Source: Paraspadella gotoi (lineage: Eukaryota; Animalia; Chaetognatha). From it: DNA of 64,000 nucleotides. The stretch's first letter is position 1; every line of letters starts with the position of its first letter. Positions 54,533 through 64,000 of this stretch are shown one piece after another. The DNA is taken from positions 29,579,182-29,643,181 of the forward strand of contig CM119264.1 in the NCBI GenBank assembly GCA_051294375.1, written 5' to 3'. A program made the position numbers and the translations under genes. Below the pieces are notes generated by a model that saw nothing but the letters and a program-made list of their open reading frames with translations, was not told the origin of the DNA and did not search any database.

Positions 54533-55925
54533 GTGCTTAGAGTCGGAGATCAAATCTCATCATGCAAATTAAATACACTTTTACTTTATAATAGAGATCA
54601 TCAGCTATGAAGATGAAGTAGCCAATCAAAAAAAAAAAAAAAANNNNNNNNNNNNNNNNNNNNNNNNNNNNNNNNNNNNNNNNNNNNNNNNNNNNNNNNN
54701 NNNNNNNNNNNNNNNNNNNNNNNNNNNNNNNNNNNNNNNNNNNNNNNNNNNNNNNNNNNNNNNNNNNNNNNNNNNNNNNNNNNNNNNNNNNNNNNNNNNN
54801 NNNNNNNNNGAAGACCGCACAACCCGCTACAGCCGCTGCAGCAGCTGAATCCACTACAGCCGCTGCACCAGGTGCCGTTTCGACGTGAGCTTCCCCATGA
54901 TCTTTTTTCCCCTTTACTTACCTTTGCTACTTTCTTTCCAACTTTAGCTCAACCAGAAAATCAGACTTACTTTTGCTACATAGCTCCCACTTTGTATTTT
55001 TTTTTTACTTATCTTTTTAATATTTGTATTTCTGTCCAATTTTTATTTATACTATCCCTAAACATTTCTTTTTCTTTTTCTTTCCTTTTTTCTTTCCTTT
55101 CTTTCTTTCCTTTCTTTCTTTTCTTTTTTCTTTCCTTTCTCTTTAATTTTTTCTTTCCTTTCTTTCTTTCATTTTTTCCCCTTTTTCTTTCATTTTTTCT
55201 TTCCTTTTTCTTTTCGTTTTCTCTCCTTCACCAAATTTTATTTCCTGATCACTTTTCTTATTGCCATTTTAAATTCCTCGTCATTTTTTTCCTTTTCTCT
55301 TTCCACATCTTGTTTCCCTTTATCTTTCTCTTTCAAATTCTACCTTTTCCTTTCTTTTTCCTCCTCATTTCCTCTTTTAAAATCCTTCTCCTTATTTTTC
55401 CCCCANNNNNNNNNNNNNNNNNNNNNNNNNNNNNNNNNNNNNNNNNNNNNNNNNNNNNNNNNNNNNNNNNNNNNNNNNNNNNNNNNNNNNNNNNNNNNNN
55501 NNNNNNNNNNNNNNNNNNNNNNNNNNNNNNNNNNNNNNNNNNNNNNNNNNNNNNNNNNNNNNNNNNNNNNNNNNNNNNNNNNNNNNAGAAAGAAAGAAAG
55601 AAAGAAAGAATAAAAGAAAGAAAGAATAAAAGAAAGAAAAAAGAAAGAAAGAAAGAATAAAAAAAAGAAAAAAAGAAAAAAAGAAAGAAAGACAGAATAT
55701 AAATATGCATATCCCCTTAAGTATGTTTTTTTAACTATGNNNNNNNNNNCGTGTTATAATCTGCAGTTTATTTAATACTTTTGACCTGCAGTCTGCGGCC
55801 ATAGGTCATAGGCTTGGCCGAATTCTATTTACAACATTGGCTGATATTCGAGCGGCTTTTTATTGCGGGCAACTTTTTACTAGAGATTTTCGCGTTTTCT
55901 TGATAAGCAAGAGAGAGAGAGAGAG
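54533..55925 (+). repeat. Third, gapped copy of 41866-43110
   Basis: GTGCTTAGAGTCGGAGATCAAATCTCATCATGC through CTAGAGATTTTCGCG is shared. Confidence 0.9.
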
Positions 55926-57213
55926 NNNNNNNNNNNNNNNNNNNNNNNNNNNNNNNNNNNNNNNNNNNNNNNNNNNNNNNNNNNNNNNNNNNNNNNNNNN
56001 NNNNNNNNNNNNNNNNNNNNNNNNNNNNNNNNNNNNNNNNNNNNNNNNNNNNNNNNNNNNNNNNNNNNNNNNNNNNNNNNNNNNNNNNNNNNNNNNNNNN
56101 NNNNNNNNNNNNNNNNNNNNNNNNNNNNNNNNNNNNNNNNNNNNNNNNNNNNNNNNNNNNNNNNNNNNNNNNNNNNNNNNNNNNTCACAAGAAAGAGAAA
56201 ATCTGTTCAAGGATGTTTACGCCACTTATGCCGCCTTTTTTATGAGTCTTTGTTCTCAGTCTAGACTTTGTACGTTTTGTTTAAAAGACATTTTGAGGAA
56301 ACAAACAACGAAAAGTTTTACCGGAGATGTTTTATTTTTACTCGAAACGTATATAAATATATATATAAATTTAAAATCGTTATTTCGAAAATGTGATAAG
56401 TTTTTAGTAGTGAATTTAGTCAAATTTTGCCTCAAGATAAGTGTGACCAATTCCGGGTAAAAGGGCGAGCAAGCTCATTTTTTGGGTCAGAATTTAGGCT
56501 CAAATCTGATCACTGAACATTCGACAAGTTCACAAGTTCAAAAAGTTACCAGGGGCTAACGAAATTAGTTTCGATATTGGAAAGATTTTAGTTTTACTCC
56601 GAGATCTTTAACTTTGTTATTATATTTATTTTGCTGTCATAGAATAAAGATTCCATTTTCGAAAACAACCGGTTTTCCTTTTCGCTCATTTTAACTTTTT
56701 CAACGACATACGGGGCCTGAAAGTCCGGGCACGAAAAAGCCAGTGCATGAAGAAGAAGACGACGACAACAACGACAACAACAACGACGAAAACAACAACA
56801 ACATGTCGGGTCGGGTCGCAGTTAAAAATCTTTGGTGCGGAAAACAAGACAAACATTTCCTGGAGTCGGAAGATGGGAAATCGGGACTCTTTTAGAGAAG
56901 ACGACGACGACAGCAATGACAAATAGTGAAAGCCCCAAAGTGTGACTCTCACGTGACCCCGGGTCTTCGTACTACAAAACAAACTTCGTGAAGTGAAAAA
57001 CGCGAAAGAATCGTTTGACGAGAAAATTTAAGAAATTCGCGAATCTCAGGAATCAACCTTTTGGCCAAAATCTGAGGAAAGATAGCTTAGATTGCAAGAT
57101 AGCTATTGAACGAATAAATAATTTTTGCGTTGGTTGTACTTATTAAAAAAAACAAAATTTAATCAGAACTTTGTAATATACAATATTTTATAACAGTAAA
57201 ACATAATTAACGT

Positions 57214-57603
57214 TTATTTACAACATTTTGTTCTCGATTTATTCCCATAATTTTCCTGATCAAGCCTAATCGAAGCCCCGACATCCGTTTGTCTCTTGTT
57301 GGTCGAAGTTTGGTTTTCCCGCTGCGCGCTAGATGTCGCTTGGTCCCGGCCGACCGGCTGCGACTTCCCGCCCCCGACTGTTCCTTTGTTTTTAGCCTCG
57401 GGATTCGGGTCTAAGGAGTCAAAGACGAATAGAAATATTTCCGTGACGTTTTCTCCCGTCAAAGCGGAACATTGAAAGTAGGGGGCGTTGGCGTTTGGCG
57501 GGAAATCGTTGACGACGAGTGCAAAGTCCATCGCCTTTTGAGCGATTTCTGTCGATCGGGCGTCGGTTGGGGAGACGAGGTCAGATTTAGTGCCGACGAC
57601 GAT
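57214..57603 (-). CDS. Terminal coding exon of a Rab-family small GTPase (Rab20/Rab24-like)
   Basis: Acceptor ctacag|ATC; IVVGTKSDL (G4), YFQCSALTGENVTEIF (G5), hypervariable tail and a C-terminal CCK* prenylation-type motif. Upstream exons (G1-G3) are not recoverable here. Confidence 0.85.
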   Translation of the reverse strand: MVVGTKSDLVSPTDARSTEIAQKAMDFALVVNDFPPNANAPYFQCSALTGENVTEIFLFVFDSLDPNPEAKNKGTVGGGKSQPVGRDQATSSAQRENQTSTNKRQTDVGASIRLDQENYGNKSRTKCCK

Positions 57604-58009
57604 CTGTAGCATGAAATGGGTCAGTAGTTATTGCTTTTATTAATTAGTAAAAAATATCTATTACTTAAATGTATCATGTACGAGGAATCACAAGTTATGG
57701 GCGCTGAGTTTTAATCTGGACTTTGAAGCTTTATTAAACGTTCATTGAAAAATTGTGAAAAAATTCTCTCGGGTGGTAATTAACACACATCTCTCTCTTC
57801 TCTCCTCTCCCCCTTCTCTCTCTCTCTCTTCTCTATCTCTTCCTCTCTCTCTCTTCCTCTCTTCTCTCTTTCTAATCAACCGCGTGATGGCCCCCTCTCG
57901 GGTGCCTAGGACCACGCTTTAGCTTTCCCGCTTTCCTATTAATTGAAAATAAAAGCAAACGAGCGTCGCGAAGTTTTACTTTATTGCCGGCCGCTTCGCC
58001 TTCCCCCTA

Positions 58010-58096
<87 letters not shown>

Positions 58097-60089
58097 GTCG
58101 ATGACATTAAATTTTATCCAGTTCGGCAGGGTAGGAGTTTAAGGAGCCGATGTAAACAAACGATCGATATTAAGTGGAAAATCATAATATCTTTCTCAAA
58201 AATATTAAAAATATAAATTTATATTGGTTGTACCAATTTCATAGGAGAGAACTCCAAACAAAAGACAGCGTTCCCAATGCTTTCCGGTTAAAAATGTAAG
58301 GTCGATTACTCAAAACACTGACTTCACAAATTAGCCGCTGGCCCTTCGGTTTCAAGAAATTCGAATCCCGCCTGAGCCAAGCTATTTCTCAAGCTTTTAA
58401 GTTTTCCCGTTTTTCCTGCATCTTTCAATTCAACCCAGCAATGTCACTAGCTATCATACATTCCTTTAACGCTTTCTTCTAATCTTACCACGTCTTAAGC
58501 TTTTATATTTCCTCTTGAGAATTCTTTTAATTCGCCAAGCAATGTGTCAAGCTTTATGCTTTTTTAACTGCGATCTTTCTAAATTCCCTAGCAATGCCAA
58601 GGTTCTTTGCTGGTTTGTATTCAACGTGTTTATTTCAGCAACAGCCAAGAAGCAAGCAGCTTCAGCAGTCGTTTCTATCTTCAGCTTAACCCTGTCTCAG
58701 CGACTCGGTCCCCATCTCAATATGTCTCCGTGACATGCTCTTAAAAAATATCCCTAGCTTTTTATACTCGTATCATTTTTTTCATCAATGCTTGGAAAAA
58801 AAAAATTTGATGGTGGAGATAAAACTGAGAAAATTGGCGCCCGTCACTCGACAGCAGGTTGCCTGGAATGCACCAGCCCTGAGTAGGGGCATCTACCTTA
58901 TACGGTGTTAGAGGCTTTCAAGATTCCCATTGTCAAGTACAGCTAACCAGTAGGATTGGCCTGAAGTAATTTAGGAATTGAGGCAGAATGAATATTTCGC
59001 TCTCCCAGTTTCTCTTTTCTCAAATTCCTCAACAAATGGATCGGAACTCAAAATATCGATCTTTATTTAGTCTCTCTTTTCCTGGTCCGTTTTCGTTTAC
59101 AACTAGAATTTTAACTTTTACTTAACTTATTTATTTATTACGTAAATGTTTTTTAAAGGCTTACATAACCTAATCCCTATACCACTAACTTTAAAATCTT
59201 AATCCTACACTAATTCCTAACCATAAATCACTAACATAATTCTTTCAATGTTAATTACTATCCCTAAACCTCTAACCGAGTCCTTTAATTTAAAATAATG
59301 AATTTATATGGAATGGGGCATTTTTGGAAAATAAGGCATTGAAGAGACATATTATTGATAGTGTTAATGACAGAACCGTTTCAACTGTAAGCGTCCCTGA
59401 GCTTCGGATCAAAGGCTGGTAACACCGAGTTTACAGGCGGGTTAAAGCGTTCCGTCCCAGCTAGAACCCGGGACCTTTAGGACGGGAGGCCGAATGACTG
59501 CGCCTCCGGCAACCAAATGGCCGCCTGATGAAACGGATGGTGGATTTTAGTCCACCATAGCTTTTTCTTTAAATACGGAATGTCGAATCCAACTGAGCAA
59601 AACTGATTAAGCTCGACCTCGATCCTCTGTTGACTAAAGCTCGTTAAAAAATAAACTAACAGGACTTTCACTCTCACTCTTATCCTCTCTCTCCTCACTC
59701 CTCTCTCTCTCTTCTCTCCTCTCTCATCTCTCTCTCTCTCTCTCTCGTCTCTCTCTCTCCCTCTCTCATCTCTTCCTCTCTCACCTCTCCCTCTCTCTCT
59801 CTCCCTCTCATTTTTTGACGTTTCCAGAGTGTCTTCTCTCAAGCTAATACAACTCTACAAACGTTTTTTTTGATTTACGTTAGATTTTTTTCACTTAAAA
59901 AAAACTCGAACATTCCGCACGCAGAATTTCGCTGCGCGCAGATTCGCAACGCAAGGATTCGCACGTGGGTTCACAACTTCCCTCACGCCTTCGCGTAATT
60001 AAAACTTTCAAAACTCAATTATTCCATTCACATTCGTCTTTCTCGATGATTTTCATCGACATTCCATTTACTTTTATGAATGAAATGGA

Positions 60090-61050
60090 GGGAATCCGGT
60101 CGGAACCGGAACTAAAGCCAGAGACGGAAAATGGAAGCCCGGAACTGGAATAGAATTAGAAGCGGAAACTAGGAGACGGAACCTTAGAAGGAGACAGAAT
60201 GAATTGGAATAGAATAAAGATTAGAAACGGAACTAGAGGACGGAACCTTAGATGGAGACGGAAATGGACCGGAACTGGAAATAAGAAATTAGAAACGGAA
60301 CTAGAGACGGAACCTTAGAATGGAGACGGAAATGGACCGGAACTGGAATAAAGAATTAGAAGCGGGAAACTAGAGACGGAACCTTAGAAGGAGACAGAAA
60401 TGAAATTGGAAGTGGAATAAAGAATTAAGAAACGGAACTAGAGAACCGGAAACCTTTAGATGGAGACAGAAATGAAATTGGAAACTGGAATAAGACATTA
60501 GAACCGGAGACTAGAGACGGAAACTTAGACGGAGACGGAAATGGAACGCGGAACTGAAATAAGAATTAGAACCGGAACTAGAGAACCGGAACTTAGACGG
60601 AGACGGAAATGGATACCGGAACTGGATAAGAATTGAAGCGGAACTAAGTAGATGGAACCCTTAGACGGAGACGGAAATGGAACCGGGAACTGGGAATAAG
60701 AATCAGAACCGGAACTTAAGAAAGAGGAAACCTTCGATGGAACTGGAAAAGAACCGAAACCAAGAATCTAGAGACAGAGAAGGAAGGCGAAAAAATTAGA
60801 AACGGAGATGGAGGTGGAATAGAACTGGAACTGGATATAAGACCGAACTAGAGACGGAGCAAAAGGACGGAACTGGAAATAAAGATGGAAACAAAGGCGG
60901 TAATGAAAACCGGAACTATAATGAGAACCGTAACAGCGAAGTAGAGATGGAGGCCCCCCGCCGAAAAAAAAAAAAAAAATATGAAACCGGAACTGAAATA
61001 TAACCGGAACAACAAGACGGAAACTGAGGCGGAAATGGAACTGTAACTGT
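60090..61050. repeat. Expanded copy of the 66-bp GGAACT repeat (~8 units)
   Basis: Same flanks and unit as 39830-40315 but about 6 more units. Confidence 0.85.
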
Positions 61051-63908
61051 TTGACTCATATTTTGACCAGTTGACCTTAAAATTTCTCGTTTTGTCCGTG
61101 TCGGTCAATTTTCAGCTGGCTCTTCCCCAATCCTTATCCAAATTATTTTATTAATTATTTCATTCATTCTAATCCTGAGAAGAAGATAGGAAAATTTTAA
61201 AAAATTATGGCCCGAAAAAGATTCCTATATTAAAATGAAAATATAAAATGAAAATTGAGAAAATAAGAAAATAGAAACTGCGAGAACAAAATCGGTCGAT
61301 CTGGGCCGTTTGGACATTACAGACTTGAATAAAGAAAAACAAAATATACGAAAACGGCTTAAATTCAAACAAAACATTCTAAAACACTGCATAAAAAAGG
61401 GAGCCACACATTTTTAACACCAATACAAACTGTATTGGAAGGCGAGAATTTTAGAAGATGATAAGATAAATAACCAAAGCTTTCTGAAGAATGAAAAGAT
61501 TGGTCCAAAAATATATTGAAACTTAAAAAAAAGTTATTTTGTCATAAAAATTAATGTTTGGTTTTTACAATATAATTAAAAAAAAAGTTTTTAGGATTTA
61601 ATATTATAACATCCTTTTAGCCAATAACTTTTTAAAAAATTGTTATTGAAAGAGTTAAGTAAAAAAATTATTCCTTACCCTTTAATATGTTTGTTTTCCA
61701 TTATTATTAACTTCAATTATTATTATATTATTTATTATATTATATTATATTATAATTATTATTGATATTAATTCTTCCATCGTTGCATCACTTTTTTTCC
61801 CAATTCGTTTTGATACTCTGGAGAAAGTGAAGCATAAAAAACAGTAACAACCTCATTATACGTAATCTGTTACGTGATCCTGCAATCGATAGGTGACTTT
61901 AGGACTTAGTTTTTAGAGATAAAGAATTTTTCAATACTGTCTCATTATGAGCAGTTTAAAAATTAATTGCCCAATTTATTAAAAAATTTTATGAAATTCT
62001 GATTGCCTTCTTAATTCCAAGAAAAAACTTGGGCAATGGTCTTGAACTGAAAATGGCATAAAGCTCTTTAAGCTGATTCACACGGACCATTGGAATCAAG
62101 AGGAAATGGAAGAAAGAAATAAAAAAAAAAAAACTCGGTTCCAGAAGTTGACAACCGAAAGTCGGACTCACGCAGCGCCGGCGGTCGAATCGCGGCGCCG
62201 CGGATTCGGGCCGCCGAGGAATCGGGCGACGCGAAACGAAAGAGGCGGGATTAAAGGTTTTCCGGTCGGAGGAGAGAGAAATCCGGCAGGGGGGGTAGGG
62301 GGGGGTGAGGGGGGGGTAGGGGGGTGAGGAGGGAGATGAGAAGGGAGAAGAGAAGAAGAGAAGAGAGGAAGAGAAGTAGAAGAGAAGAGAAGAGAAGAGA
62401 GAGAAGAGAAGGGGAGAGAAGAGGAGAGGGAGAAGAAAGAGAAAAGAAGAGAAAGAGAGAGGGAGAAGAGAAGGGGAAGAAGAGATCGGAAGAAGGATAG
62501 GAGAAGACAACAGACAGAGAATAGAATAGAAGAGAAAGGGAGAGGAAGAGAAGAGAAAAGAAAAGAGAATAGAAAAGAGAAGTGAGAAATATAAGAGGGG
62601 AGAACTCAATCTCATATCTTCTTAATACATCATCAAAAAAAAATATATCCTACTCGTGCTTAGAGTCGGAGATCAAATCTCATCATGCAAATTAATCACT
62701 TTTTACTTTATAATAAAAGATCATCATAGCTAATGAATGATGGAAGAAGTACAATCAAAAAAAAAAAAAAAAAAAGAATCGAAGACCGCACAATCCCGCT
62801 ACAGCCGCTGCAGCCTGAATCCACATTACAAGCCGGCTGCACCAGGTGCCGTTCGCTGCGACGTGAGCTTCCCCATGATCTTTTTTCCCTTTACTTACCT
62901 TTGCTACTTTCTTTCCAACTTTAGCTCAACCAGAAAATCAGACTTACTTTTATGGCTACATAGCTCCCACTTTGTATTTTTTTTTTTACTTATCTTTTTA
63001 ATATTTGTATTTCTGTCCAATCTTTTATTTATACTATCCCTAACATTTCTTTTTTTTTTTCTTTCCTTTTTTCTTTCCTTTCTTTCTTTTCCTTTCTTTC
63101 TTTCTTTTTTCTTTCCTTTCTCACTTTAATTTTTTCTTTCCTTTCTTTCTTTCATTTTTCCCCTTTTTCTTTCAATTTTTTCTAATTTTCCATTTTTTCT
63201 TTATTCGTTTTCTCTCCTTCACCTCTATAATTTTAATTTCCTGATCACTTTTTCTTATTGCCATATTTAAATTCCTCGTCATTTTTTTTCCTTTTCTTCC
63301 TTTCCCACATAAATTGTTTTCCCCTTTATCTTTCTCTTTTCAAATTCTAGCCTTTTTTCCCTTTCTTTTTTCCTCCCATTCCTCTTTTAAATCTTCTCCT
63401 TATTTTTCCCCCCAAATTCCATTTTCTCTGTCGCCGTCTTCCCCCCCCCCCAAAAAAAAAAAAGACCCAAAAAAGGAGGTTTGGTTCTGGAAGCAGACTG
63501 GAATTCTAATTCTGGTAGATCTGGGAAAAAAGGAAAGAAGAAAGAAAGAAAGAAAGAAAAGAGGAAAGAACCCCCCAACGAAGAAGAAAGAAAGAAAGAA
63601 AGAATAAAAGAAAGAAAGAAAGAATAAAGAAAGAAAAAAGAAAAAAAGAAAGAAAAGACAGAATATACTTATACATATATACATATCCCTTAAGTATGTT
63701 TTTTTCACTATGATTTGAATGACCGTGTTATAATCTGCAGTTTTTATTTATACTTTGACCTGCAGTCTGGCGGCCATAGGTCATAGGCTTGGCCGGCGAC
63801 ATTCTATTTACAACATTGGCTGATATTCGATTTGCGGACTTTTTATTGCGGGCAACTTTTTTTACTAGAGATTTTTCGCGTTTTTTGATAAAGCAAAGAG
63901 AGAGAGAG

Positions 63909-63939
<31 letters not shown>

Positions 63940-64000
63940 AGAGAGAGAGAGGAATCCTAATTTAAAGAGAAGAGAAACGAGAGAGTTTAATTCCATTCAT

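Overview
This is AT-rich eukaryotic DNA, most likely from an invertebrate draft assembly: spliceosomal GT-AG introns, many N gaps, and abundant (AG)n/(GAC)n microsatellites. Almost all ORF-track entries are low-complexity artefacts. Real coding signal found by manual splicing: (i) two tandem minus-strand paralogues of the CD225/dispanin (IFITM/PRRT1-like) family at ~21.1-22.6 kb and ~26.9-28.9 kb, with matching exon architecture and N-terminal PPxY motifs; (ii) the terminal exon of a Rab20/Rab24-like GTPase at 57.2-57.6 kb. The rest is repeat-rich: two families of DINE-1/HINE-like elements (putatively Helentron-derived), hAT-type MITEs (one nested in a HINE with an exact 8-bp TSD), a tRNA-derived SINE, and several minisatellites including a two-monomer palindromic array at 32.3-33.1 kb. 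From ~33 kb onward the window is dominated by repeated blocks (a 3x ~1.2-1.6 kb unit, a ~5.5 kb segment repeated ~20 kb later, and an insertion-riddled copy of the Rab region) that look like long-read gap-filling or haplotype artefacts. I found no CRISPR array, rRNA, intact tRNA or intact transposase, and I cannot support a claim of a wholly new biological system here.
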